A DNA stretch of 64,000 bases, taken from positions 106,546-170,545 of the forward strand of contig CAYPCY010000001.1 in NCBI GenBank assembly GCA_964409385.1. Direction: 5' to 3'. The DNA is from an uncultured Methanosarcinales archaeon (lineage in GTDB: Archaea; Nanobdellota; Nanobdellia; Woesearchaeales; CAYPCY01). The notes under the pieces are model-generated. The model was not told where the DNA came from, did no database searches, and was given only the letters and a program-made list of their open reading frames with translations. Shown piece by piece: positions 40,885 through 49,870 of the stretch. A program made the position numbers and the translations under genes. The stretch's first letter is position 1. Each line of letters begins with the position of its first letter.

Positions 40885-41094
40885 ACTAACATCGGGATTA
40901 TGAGAAGTTCGCGAAGCGAATTTGGGCAAAATCCTGCAAGGATTTTCCTCATAATCCTTGTTAAATGAGGGTGAGCGAAGCGAAAGGCTGCAAGCCGTCC
41001 CCGAGGATTACTATCGTTCCGAAAGTACCATCAGTAGTATTATTAACATAAGTGAGTAGTTCGTACGGTCTTGTAATGTTTGGGCTTGCGAATG
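40885..41094. ncRNA. candidate structured noncoding element: a GC-rich island with GNRA-type loops and an internal duplication
   Basis: Local GC is far above the surrounding ~25-30%. 10-bp perfect inverted repeat gggattatgag/ctcataatcc. Hairpins aaaatcc-tgcaa-ggatttt and ggc-tgcaa-gcc. gcgaagcgaa occurs twice. No ORF of 60 aa or more lies here. Confidence 0.3.
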
Positions 41095-41520
41095 TCATAA
41101 GTCTTTCCTCATCATTAGGCTTAATAAAGCGAGTAGTATAGTTATTACGATCACTGTCTTTATACCATTAGTAATCCAAGGATTACTATCTATCCCTGGT
41201 GCTTGACTCGTAGCGTCCACCATCTCCCCAGCAGTTTCTACGCTCGAGTATGTTCCTTTAATCTGTCCTCTTTTCTTTGCAAGTAAAAAATCTCTGTAAG
41301 TTACAACAATCTCCCAAGCCATTCTGTCTTTATGGGTTCCTGTTGGATTATGACTTTCATCTTTTAGCCATACATTTGAGAATTCTAGAACTTTAATCTT
41401 GTATGTAGGAGTAGCAGGAAACTTTGGATTATCTGCTGGAAATTCAGGTTTGTCAGGATCATTTTCAGAAGCTATAATAATTGACTTCAATATTTGTTCT
41501 TCTTTTTTAGATAAAATCAT
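41095..41520 (-). pseudogene. remnant of a PLP-dependent beta-family enzyme (Thr synthase / Cys synthase / TrpB-like N-terminus only)
   Basis: KDESHNPTGTHKDRMAWEIV is the Lys-PLP motif (NPTGSFKDR). The ORF is only 141 aa, loses family similarity after ~100 aa and ends in a hydrophobic tail. Full-length members are 300-450 aa. Confidence 0.45.
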
Positions 41521-41592
41521 ACTATTTGATTAAAAATAAAATTATTATATAAACATTTCTTTTAATGTGCCAAAAGTTGTTCTTATTACAAT

Positions 41593-43203
41593 TTAGTAAG
41601 TTAATTCTATATATGTTGATGCTGTCCATGCTTGTAGCCATGATCCTTCTTGTTCTAATTCTTCCGCACTGCTCACTTCTGGGCATGAGTCTTCTAAGAC
41701 TTTTGTTGTTGCTTTGATTATTTTATTAATATATTTTGAGTATTTTTTCTTGTTTACTTGTTTCATTGATAATGCTGTTATATTGTTTATGAAAAACCAT
41801 GAATCTCCCTGATGATAACTTAATGGGTCTTCTCCAGTGTGTTTTCTTTGGAAGTTTTTTGAATTTGTTGATAGTGTTGATATTCCTCCCCAGTATATCC
41901 ATAATTCGTCAAGTGCCTTGTCGAATAGTTTCTCCCATTCTTTCTTTGTATATAAGCCTGGATAATAATAGTGTGCTAGGAAAATATTGCATGTGCATTC
42001 CGTTCCTTCTATGGAATCCCAGTTTATTCCTTTCTTCCCAAATTCTTTCTTTACTTTTTTCTTTGTCAGTTCTAATAATTTTTCATACTTTGAAGCATGA
42101 TCTTCATTCAACATTTTGGTTAGGTAGTATGCTAATTCTATAGTTGCCAGTAGTAATGATTGCATTTCTATCGTTCTTCCTTTTCTTGATATTGAATCCA
42201 TCCATGTTTCTCCCGTTTCATTGTAATAAAGTGAGTTTCTAGTTTCTTTTTCTTGAATATGATGCAGATTTTTTATTACATTAGTGTATATTTGTTTAAG
42301 TTCGTGCTTGGTGAATTTTACATTTTCTTTTAATAATTTTAGAATGTTAGTGTAGGCTATTAATCTCGCATCACAACTTTTTCTGTCACTTCCTGGTTTT
42401 GTTTCGAACTTGCCAATTCCTTTTACATATTTTAATAGTATTTGTTTCGTTAGTTTAGAATTTCCCATCACATGATATGCTATTGAGGATATTGCTTCAT
42501 CCCGCCTCCAGTCTTGATTAAACCAGGGCATTCCCGCCAATATTTTTGGTGGGTTTTCTCTTATTGTCAGACTATCTAATGTTTTAATGGCTTGTGTTAA
42601 TGCCTTATTTTTTGTTATTAGCTTTTTTGAGTGTGCATTTAATGCTGCTTTTAGTATTTTAATGTTTGAATTTGCTTTTCTTACTGCTTCATTCTTGGTT
42701 GTACCTTCTGCAAATATTAATTCAGAATTGCCGTGAATGTGAAATTTTAATGCTTTATACACCCATTGACTGTATGGTTTTGAATTTCTTTCTTTATCTC
42801 TTGAAAAGAATTTTTCTTCCCAACTCATTATTTTATTATATTCTTTTATTCCTTTTATTGCCAAGTATTTTTTGTATTCTATTTCTTTTAATGAATTATT
42901 GTTGTATTTTTTGTATTCTATTATTATAATGTTTTTTTCTTCTTTTATATCGTAGATTCTTCCTTCTTCTGGAGTTTCATTTTGTCTTCTGAAGTCTAGT
43001 TCTAGTGTTATTTCTGAATCACAATTGTTTATGTCGTGTATTAATCCTGCTTTTGACAGGTAGAATTGTTTTGTAGTGTTTTTCTTCTTGTTTTCAATTA
43101 TTATATTGTGTATTGTCTTGTATCCTTTAATGAATAATCCGTCATATCTTGAATTCCATCCTCTTGCAAAGTAGGAATTCCCGAATGCTATTATTTGTTT
43201 CAT
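41593..43203 (-). CDS. amylo-alpha-1,6-glucosidase family protein (glycogen debranching enzyme, GDE_C-type six-hairpin glycosidase)
   Basis: LAGMPWFNQDWRRDEAIS and the C-terminus GSWLQAWTASTYIEL are family-typical. Confidence 0.65.
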   Translation of the reverse strand: MKQIIAFGNSYFARGWNSRYDGLFIKGYKTIHNIIIENKKKNTTKQFYLSKAGLIHDINNCDSEITLELDFRRQNETPEEGRIYDIKEEKNIIIIEYKKYNNNSLKEIEYKKYLAIKGIKEYNKIMSWEEKFFSRDKERNSKPYSQWVYKALKFHIHGNSELIFAEGTTKNEAVRKANSNIKILKAALNAHSKKLITKNKALTQAIKTLDSLTIRENPPKILAGMPWFNQDWRRDEAISSIAYHVMGNSKLTKQILLKYVKGIGKFETKPGSDRKSCDARLIAYTNILKLLKENVKFTKHELKQIYTNVIKNLHHIQEKETRNSLYYNETGETWMDSISRKGRTIEMQSLLLATIELAYYLTKMLNEDHASKYEKLLELTKKKVKKEFGKKGINWDSIEGTECTCNIFLAHYYYPGLYTKKEWEKLFDKALDELWIYWGGISTLSTNSKNFQRKHTGEDPLSYHQGDSWFFINNITALSMKQVNKKKYSKYINKIIKATTKVLEDSCPEVSSAEELEQEGSWLQAWTASTYIELTY

Positions 43204-44132
43204 TTTCGATAATATTCTGCTGCTGTTTCTGGACTTACTGAGATTATGTATGTTCCGGTTCCTAGTTCAAAACCTGCCCATATTGCTAGTCTTGGTATTA
43301 TTTCTATTTGTAAGTGTAAGTTTTCTTTTTTTGGAGAATAATGTAGTATTAGATTGTATGATGCGTTTATTTTTTTTAGTTTTCCTAATATTTTTATTAT
43401 TGCTTTTGCAATGTCTTTTTTTTCTTGTTCGTTCAGTTCTGATATTCTTTTTACATGTCTCTTGGGAAAGATCATTGCGTGATATGGTTCTATGCTACAG
43501 TAGGGTGTGAAGCTGGCTATATTTTCTGTTTCTAATATTTTTCTTTCGGAATTTTGTTCTTTTTCTATTATTTCGCAGTATTTGCAATGTTTTTTTGTTG
43601 ACTTTTCTATTTTTTCTTTTACTAGTGGGGGTATTTGATTGTATGCTATTAGTTGTGAGTGTGAATGTAGTATTGAAGTTCCTGCTTCGCTTCCTTTATT
43701 CTTGAAGACTGTTACGTACTTTACGCCTTTCTTTTTTTCTAGTGTTTCTATTCTTTGCGAGTATGTTTCTAATACTTTTACGACATGTTCTTCTGAAAGG
43801 TCTGATAGCATTTTTGTTTTGCTTCTTGTTTCTACTATTACTTCGTGAAATCCGTATGCTGTTGCGAACTTGTAGTATTTGTTATGTGTTTCGAATTCTT
43901 TTTTTCCTTTATTTTCTACTGCTGAGAATTTGTTTGGGAATGTTCTTATTTGCCAGAGTTTATTTCCTACCCTGTATGTTTCTTTTGGGGTTAGTTTTTC
44001 ATTTTCTGGTGAGAAATAGTCTATTCCTTTGTTTAGTTCTATTTTTCTTTTGAAATCGTGCGGTCTCTTGCCTCTCTTTTCTGATATTATACAGTATCTT
44101 TCTAGTATGTAGTCTTTTCTAATCTGTTTCAT
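43200..44132 (-). CDS. galactose-1-phosphate uridylyltransferase (GalT) family nucleotidyltransferase
   Basis: Zn-knuckle CKYCEII and the HIT-like HSHSQ (HxHxQ) active-site motif. It overlaps the GDE gene by 4 nt. Confidence 0.65.
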   Translation of the reverse strand: MKQIRKDYILERYCIISEKRGKRPHDFKRKIELNKGIDYFSPENEKLTPKETYRVGNKLWQIRTFPNKFSAVENKGKKEFETHNKYYKFATAYGFHEVIVETRSKTKMLSDLSEEHVVKVLETYSQRIETLEKKKGVKYVTVFKNKGSEAGTSILHSHSQLIAYNQIPPLVKEKIEKSTKKHCKYCEIIEKEQNSERKILETENIASFTPYCSIEPYHAMIFPKRHVKRISELNEQEKKDIAKAIIKILGKLKKINASYNLILHYSPKKENLHLQIEIIPRLAIWAGFELGTGTYIISVSPETAAEYYRK

Positions 44133-44195
44133 AATTTCACTTCGTTAAATTCTGAACTTTGGAATTCTAAAAAATTCCATGAGTTTCATTCAAAC
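44122..44195. repeat. copy 2 of the ~60-nt palindrome-containing repeat (see 4441..4516), intergenic within the glycogen operon
   Basis: tttcataatttcacttcgttaaattctgaactttggaattctaaaaaattccatgagtttcat. Same unit as at 4.45 kb, with 3-4 substitutions and permuted order. Confidence 0.65.
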
Positions 44196-44210
44196 TCACT
44201 TCTTTAATTT

Positions 44211-45959
44211 TTATTTTTCTAATGCTTTCTGGTGTGCTTCAAAATAATTTTTTATTAGTATGTTCCAGTCTGCTATTTCACTTGTTTTTTTTGCTATCAT
44301 TTTTTGGTGGATTCTGTCATGGTGTGACATTGTTATGTATTTGTGGATTAAGTCTACGAATTGTTTTTGTTCTTCTTCTGGTGTTTTGTTTAGTCTTTCA
44401 AGAACGAAAATTCCTTCTTTTCCTTTTCCTCTGCTTTTTAGGAACTTTCCAAATCCTGAAAGGTCTGATGTTAATGCTGGCGTTCCTAATGCTGCACTTT
44501 CTAATGGCGTGTATCCCCATGGTTCGTAGTAGCTTGGGAATATTCCTAGGTGTCCTCCTGCCATTGCGTCATAGTATGGTAGATTTATCATTTCATCATT
44601 TCCGTCTAGATATACTGGATAGAATATTACTTTTACTTTGTCTTCTTCCTTGTTTGTAAGGCCTTCTTTCTTGAAGTTTTGTATTATTGGATCATTGTCT
44701 TCATCTATATTATGTGTTGTTAATGGTGGTAGTCCTTCTCTTTTGAAATGTAGTAGGTCTTTTCTTACTCTTAGCATGAATTCTTTAGTGAATAAGTTCC
44801 CTTGATTAAGGTCTTTTTGAGATATTAGGTCGGATACTATCTTTTTTTGTATTGCGTCTGAATGCCATGCTATGAAGTTTTTTATATGTCTGTAGTAACT
44901 CTTATTTTCTAAGATTTCTACTTTTAATCCTTTTGTTGCTGTTGGTATCCAGAAGAATACTGATACTGTTCTTTCCGTTTTTTCTTTCTTTAGTTTCTTG
45001 TTTAATTCTCCTAATGCTTTAATTAGTATGTCTACTCCTTTATTTCTAAATTCGTATCTTCCTACTATGAATAGTATTAGGTTTTTTTCTAGGTCGAATG
45101 TGTAGTATGGGAAGAAGAAGAATGTTAGGAATTCTCTTATTTTTTCTCTTCTTGTTACATGTTTTATTGATGTGTCTTCCATTGTTGGAAATTTTTCTGC
45201 GTCTAGTCCGTTTAGTACTAGGACTTCTGCTTTTCTTCCTATTATTTTTTCTGCTTCTAATGCTGTTATTTCACTTACTGTTGTGAATATGTGTGCATTT
45301 GTTGCTGCTGATCTTTCCATTGTGAACTTGTCTTGTACTCCGTGCTTGTATGCTTCTTCTTCAGGGTTTATTTTATCTAGTATGCTGTATAAGTCCTGTC
45401 CTGATCCTGCTAGTGTTCTTCCTAGCATTGTCGCGTGGGTTGTGAATACTGTTTTTATTACGTCTTTAGTGTAGAGTAATGCTCCTCCACTTAGCCATTC
45501 GTGGAAATGTCCTACTATTTTCTTGTTTGATCTTTCTGCTATTTTTCTTAATAGTCTGCTTACTGCCCATCCCCATATTAGTGGTTCTTCAAAGTCCCAT
45601 CCTGCTTTTATGGAGTCTATTTTGTAATCATCCCAGTATTTTGTTTTTATCTCGTTTTTTCTTTCTGTCATTCCTGTAAAGTCTATTAGTATTGTTTTTG
45701 GTTCTCCTTTAATCTGCCATTTTCCGTAATGGAATTTTAGTCCTTCTTGTTTTAATTCTTTGAATGCCACTGATAATTCTGCTGGTGGTTCTTCCTCTTC
45801 CAAGTCTACTTTTGCTTTTTCTTCAAAGTATGGTCCTATTAAGAAGTAATTTTTGTATTCTTTGTTCATCAGGTCTGCTTTTGATTTTATTACTGTGTAT
45901 ATTCCGCCTACTTTGTTACATACTTCCCATGATACTTCAAATAAATAGTCTGGTTTCAT
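44211..45959 (-). CDS. glycogen synthase, GT3 (eukaryote/archaeal type)
   Basis: The N-terminus FEVSWEVCNKVGGIYTVI closely matches the GT3 glycogen synthase signature (FEVAWEVANKVGGIYTV); length 582 aa. Confidence 0.8.
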   Translation of the reverse strand: MKPDYLFEVSWEVCNKVGGIYTVIKSKADLMNKEYKNYFLIGPYFEEKAKVDLEEEEPPAELSVAFKELKQEGLKFHYGKWQIKGEPKTILIDFTGMTERKNEIKTKYWDDYKIDSIKAGWDFEEPLIWGWAVSRLLRKIAERSNKKIVGHFHEWLSGGALLYTKDVIKTVFTTHATMLGRTLAGSGQDLYSILDKINPEEEAYKHGVQDKFTMERSAATNAHIFTTVSEITALEAEKIIGRKAEVLVLNGLDAEKFPTMEDTSIKHVTRREKIREFLTFFFFPYYTFDLEKNLILFIVGRYEFRNKGVDILIKALGELNKKLKKEKTERTVSVFFWIPTATKGLKVEILENKSYYRHIKNFIAWHSDAIQKKIVSDLISQKDLNQGNLFTKEFMLRVRKDLLHFKREGLPPLTTHNIDEDNDPIIQNFKKEGLTNKEEDKVKVIFYPVYLDGNDEMINLPYYDAMAGGHLGIFPSYYEPWGYTPLESAALGTPALTSDLSGFGKFLKSRGKGKEGIFVLERLNKTPEEEQKQFVDLIHKYITMSHHDRIHQKMIAKKTSEIADWNILIKNYFEAHQKALEK

Positions 45960-46393
45960 GCTAGTATCCTCCCTATGATTAATCCTATGAATAGTCCTAG
46001 TAATACGCCTATTATTATGTCTGAAGTTATCATTTTTCTTTCTGGCGTTTCTATTATTGCTACTTGTTGTGTTTGTTTTGGACTTGTTGTTTCGTGTATT
46101 GTTCTTGCTATTTTTTCTTCTTTCTTTTTACTTGTGTGTTTGTGAATTTTTGGTTTTACGTAAGAATCTAAGTATTGAATAAATTCGGGTAGTGAACTTG
46201 ATTTTCTTAATTGGTTTGCTAATGTTTTGTTATGCATGGCGTGTTCTATCCAGTCTGCAAAATCGTTTTTTTTTCCTTTTGTGTGTTGTAGATATATTTC
46301 TGGATGTTTTTTTAGCAAGCTAGATAAGTCTTTCAGGTTTGAAACTATCTTTCCTGTTGAGAATTTGAACTCTTCTCCTCTTTTTGACTGCAT
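45956..46393 (-). CDS. hypothetical tail-anchored membrane protein embedded in the glycogen operon
   Basis: 145 aa, hydrophilic with a single C-terminal TM helix (IIIGVLLGLFIGLIIGRILA). The reading frame overlaps neighbouring genes by 4 nt. Confidence 0.45.
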   Translation of the reverse strand: MQSKRGEEFKFSTGKIVSNLKDLSSLLKKHPEIYLQHTKGKKNDFADWIEHAMHNKTLANQLRKSSSLPEFIQYLDSYVKPKIHKHTSKKKEEKIARTIHETTSPKQTQQVAIIETPERKMITSDIIIGVLLGLFIGLIIGRILA

Positions 46394-46413
46394 TAACTCA
46401 CCTCTTTCTCTTT

Positions 46414-47574
46414 TTATTGTGTTACTTTAGTTTTTAATCTTTCTGTTATGTCTGCTAGTATGTTCATGTATGCTATGAATGCATCGTATGGATTATTGTA
46501 TGGGTTGAAGTATTTGTGAACATCTCCGTCTTGAAACCATTTTGTGCACATGTAGTAGTAATGGTCTGATGTTGATAGTTTCCTCCATGTTTCTTGTAAT
46601 TCTTTATTGTTTCTTGTTTCTTTTTCTAGCGAGTATAGTTTTTTTGCTGCGAAGTCTTGCATTTCATTTCCTAGCCATGCTGATGTGTCTCTTTCTACGT
46701 CTGCCCAGGATATTAGTGTTGGAACTTCTATTTTGTCTTTTGTTTCTAGTGTTAGTGTTTCGCTTACTGTTCTAAATCCTATTCCTTCTAGTAATGCTGT
46801 TTCTGGTAGTGTTTTTAAGAAATTGAATATTCCTGTGTCTTCCCATTGGTGTTCTCCGAATGTTTCGTAGTCCATGAATAAGTTTGTTGTTTCTCCTTCT
46901 GATTTTCTTATCCAGTCTATGAATTTTTCTGTTGTTAATGGGTGGTCTTTCCATTCTTTATTTGAGAATCTGAATGCTATATCGTCTGATAATCTGTAGT
47001 TTTTCATTAGTGTTGGTAGTTCACTTACTTGGTATATGTAGTTTGGACTTCTCCATCCTAGTATTTTTTCTGTTCCTTCCATTAGTATTCCATTAAATCC
47101 TAGTGTTTTGATTTTGCTTGCTATTACATTATTCATTATTAATTCTGTATTTCTGAATACTTTTGGTTCTTGATTGAATAATTCTTTCATTGTTTTCTTG
47201 TGTAGTTCTATTTGTTCGTTGAATTCTTGGTCTGAGAAGATTGCTGCTAGGCTGTGGTAATATGTTTCTGCTAGGAATTCTACCTTTCCTGTTTTTGCTA
47301 GTTCTTTGAAGCTTTCTAGGACTTCTGGCGTGTATTTTTTGAATTGTTCTATTGCAGTTCCTGTTATTGAGTATGTTACTTTGAATTCGGGATATTTGTT
47401 TAGTAGTTCAAGGATTATTTTGTTTGTTGGTATGTAGCATTTTCTTGCTACTTTTTCCATTATTTCTTTGTTTTTTGTTTCGTCAAAGTATTCTTTTGAT
47501 TGGCCTATGTCTAGTACTGAGTAGTTTTTCATTCTGTATGGTTGGTGTACTTGGAAGTATAGACATAACTTCAT
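46414..47574 (-). CDS. glycoside hydrolase family 57 protein (alpha-amylase / 4-alpha-glucanotransferase / branching enzyme type)
   Basis: N-terminus LYFQVHQPYR (GH57 HQP motif) and a conserved (beta/alpha)7 region with Glu/Asp catalytic candidates. Confidence 0.7.
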   Translation of the reverse strand: MKLCLYFQVHQPYRMKNYSVLDIGQSKEYFDETKNKEIMEKVARKCYIPTNKIILELLNKYPEFKVTYSITGTAIEQFKKYTPEVLESFKELAKTGKVEFLAETYYHSLAAIFSDQEFNEQIELHKKTMKELFNQEPKVFRNTELIMNNVIASKIKTLGFNGILMEGTEKILGWRSPNYIYQVSELPTLMKNYRLSDDIAFRFSNKEWKDHPLTTEKFIDWIRKSEGETTNLFMDYETFGEHQWEDTGIFNFLKTLPETALLEGIGFRTVSETLTLETKDKIEVPTLISWADVERDTSAWLGNEMQDFAAKKLYSLEKETRNNKELQETWRKLSTSDHYYYMCTKWFQDGDVHKYFNPYNNPYDAFIAYMNILADITERLKTKVTQ

Positions 47575-48767
47575 GATAATGCCTCTTCGTATACTTGTTT
47601 GCAGAGTAGTGCTTGTTTTTCCCAGGAGAATTTTTTTAATTCTTTAGTTCCGTGTTTTGTTAGTTCGTGATGTAATGCTCTGTATTTTAGCACACTTAAT
47701 ATTTTGTTTGTTAGTTCGTTAATATCCCAAAAGTCTACTTTTAATGCGTGTTGTAGTACTTCTGAGACTCCTGATTGTTTTGAGATTATTACTGGTATAT
47801 TATTTCTTAATGCTTCTAGTGGTGTTATTCCGAATGGTTCTGATACTGATGGCATTACATAAAGGTCTGCTAGTTTGTATGCTCTGTCTACATCTTTTCC
47901 TCTTAAGTATCCTGAGAATAGTATTTTATCTCCTAGTCCTAATGCTGCTACTTTTTTTATTATTTGTAGTTCCATATCTCCTGTTCCTGCTATTATGAAT
48001 TTTACGTTCGGGTCTTTTTCTAGGACTTTTTTTGCTGCTTCTACGAAGTAGTCTGGCCCTTTTTGTAGGGTTATTCTTCCTAGGAATAAGACTACTTTTT
48101 CGTCTTTGCTTATTTTGAATGGTTTTGTTTCTTCTACGTCAAAGTCTACTGCATTATGTACTACTTTTATTTTGTTTTCTGGTATTCCGTATTTTTCTAT
48201 TATTTTGTTTTTTGTGAATTGGCTTACTGCTATTATTTTGTCTGCGAATAGTAATCCTTCTTTTTCTATCTTGTGAACTTCTGGATTTCCTCCTAGGTCT
48301 CCTGTTCTATCGTATTCTGTTGCGTGTATGTGTAGAATTAGTTTTTTTCCTGTGATTTTTTTTGCTTGTATTCCTGCTGGGTATGTCATCCAGTCGTGTG
48401 CGTGTATTATGTCGAAGTTTTCTTGTTTTACTATTTTCTTGGCTCTTTCCGCGTATAGTTTTACTTCGTTGAATAGGTTATCTCCGTAGATTCCTTTTTT
48501 TTGTTCTTTTCTTATTTGTATGTATTCTTGGTTTGTTATGTATGGTGTCATTAGTGAGTCAACTCTTTTTATTTTTAGTTCTGGTATTAGTTTCTCTGCT
48601 GATTTTAGATCTACGTATTCTGATAATGCTTCGTATTCTGCATTCGGAATTACAAATAGGACTTGGACTTTATTTTTGCTTAGTCCTTTCGTTAATCCAT
48701 AACATGCAGTTCCTAAACCACCCATACTAAAAGGTGGGAATTCCCACCCAAACATTAGCACTTTCAT
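47571..48767 (-). CDS. GT4/GT5 glycosyltransferase (GlgA-like starch/glycogen synthase)
   Basis: N-terminus FGWEFPPFSMGGLGTACYGL (cf. GlgA GGLADV) and a C-terminal GT-B Glycos_transf_1 region with the E-x7-E-like EPFGITPLEAL. Confidence 0.7.
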   Translation of the reverse strand: MKVLMFGWEFPPFSMGGLGTACYGLTKGLSKNKVQVLFVIPNAEYEALSEYVDLKSAEKLIPELKIKRVDSLMTPYITNQEYIQIRKEQKKGIYGDNLFNEVKLYAERAKKIVKQENFDIIHAHDWMTYPAGIQAKKITGKKLILHIHATEYDRTGDLGGNPEVHKIEKEGLLFADKIIAVSQFTKNKIIEKYGIPENKIKVVHNAVDFDVEETKPFKISKDEKVVLFLGRITLQKGPDYFVEAAKKVLEKDPNVKFIIAGTGDMELQIIKKVAALGLGDKILFSGYLRGKDVDRAYKLADLYVMPSVSEPFGITPLEALRNNIPVIISKQSGVSEVLQHALKVDFWDINELTNKILSVLKYRALHHELTKHGTKELKKFSWEKQALLCKQVYEEALS

Positions 48768-48785
48768 TTAATACCTCTTCTCCCC

Positions 48786-48806
48786 TAGAATACACTATGC
48801 ATTCTA
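48786..48806. promoter_or_regulatory. 6-9-6 inverted repeat (TAGAAT-n9-ATTCTA) overlapping the predicted promoter of the glycogen operon, in the divergent region shared with the wHTH regulator gene
   Basis: tagaatacactatgcattcta lies 19-39 nt upstream of the GT4 start codon (48767). Confidence 0.3.
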
Positions 48807-48948
48807 TACCTTACTAAACCTTGATTTCTAGTATAAATAACTTTGCGAAATTTAAGCACAAATTCTTATTTTTTAATTTCATAATTATAATACTTTCATA
48901 TTTTTGAAATAACAATAAATTTATATATTATAAGTATTAAATAAACCC

Positions 48949-49584
48949 ATGAATCAAGATATGTTAACAGGTTTAAAATGGGAATTAATAAAAGAAATTT
49001 CCAAGAATGAAACTAATCCTTTAGAACTTAGTAAGAAAGTAGGCAAGAGTCTTCCCAATGTTTCCCAACAATTACAATTTCTTGAAGCTGTAGGAATAAT
49101 AAAAAAAAGAAAACTAAACACTAATGAAAGGAACAAGCCAAGAGTTCTTTACTCAATTAATCAAAGCAAAAATTTCATAACACTATTAAATCCTGGAATG
49201 TCTGGCAAAAAAAGTTTTGATTCTGAAATAATCATGGCATTCATTAGAATGTTATTCTATACTAATGAAAAATTATCATTGGGTTTTATGAAAACATATT
49301 TCGAACATAATATTTTCAATAATAATTCTTTAGCATTAATTTCTCATTCAAAGGATGAATTCACATTATTAATAATTTCAGAAAACAAACATGATTTAAT
49401 TAACAAAATGCACAATGCTAAAGTTAAAGTAGATGATAAAATTATTAAAATTAAGACTCAGATTTATGCTAGGATTGATTTTGAAGAGGCATATTCTCAA
49501 AACAATAAACACTTAGTTGATTTACTAAATTCAAAAATAATTTATGATCCTTTAAAACAGTTTAACAAATTGAAAAATGAATAA
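48949..49584 (+). CDS. winged-helix (ArsR/MarR-like) transcriptional regulator with a C-terminal domain of unknown function
   Basis: N-terminal LELSKKVGKSLPNVSQQLQFLEAVGIIKK fits the HTH recognition helix plus wing. It is transcribed divergently from the glycogen operon. Confidence 0.5.
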   Translation: MNQDMLTGLKWELIKEISKNETNPLELSKKVGKSLPNVSQQLQFLEAVGIIKKRKLNTNERNKPRVLYSINQSKNFITLLNPGMSGKKSFDSEIIMAFIRMLFYTNEKLSLGFMKTYFEHNIFNNNSLALISHSKDEFTLLIISENKHDLINKMHNAKVKVDDKIIKIKTQIYARIDFEEAYSQNNKHLVDLLNSKIIYDPLKQFNKLKNE

Positions 49585-49867
49585 ACTATCCAAATTAATC
49601 AACCAGTTAGAAAAGAATGATTTAGAAAAGATAAAGCTAGATTTAGAAACTGGTAATATTAAGAGAATAATTGAAAAAAGACTTGAAATTTCCGAACTAA
49701 AAACTTGTCCAGTTTGTAATTCTAACTTCCAAATTGAAAACATTAAGTATTCCTTAACCTTCGGTCCTGAAAGTTTTAAGAAACAAGCTTGTTTTGACGA
49801 GTTAGACTGTATGGAATATTTCATTACCAACTACATAAAAGTTTTAAAAGAACAGTCTTTTCCTTAG
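49577..49867 (+). CDS. small hypothetical protein with a CPVC zinc-ribbon-like motif
   Basis: 96 aa with a single CxxC; it overlaps the regulator gene by 8 nt. Confidence 0.35.
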   Translation: MNKLSKLINQLEKNDLEKIKLDLETGNIKRIIEKRLEISELKTCPVCNSNFQIENIKYSLTFGPESFKKQACFDELDCMEYFITNYIKVLKEQSFP

Positions 49868-49870
49868 AAA

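Noticed and set aside
44222-48730. Numerous 60-145-aa plus-strand ORFs inside the glycogen operon (e.g. 44222..44659, 45172..45474, 46542..46775, 47744..47998)
   Set aside because: Antisense to long, motif-supported minus-strand genes. Their translations are Leu/Phe/Cys-rich low-complexity strings.
48733-48748. Perfect 16-nt palindrome ggtgggaattcccacc
   Set aside because: It lies inside the GT4 coding sequence and simply encodes the conserved G-W-E-F-P-P motif (tgg gaa ttc cca). It is a coincidence of coding rather than an operator.
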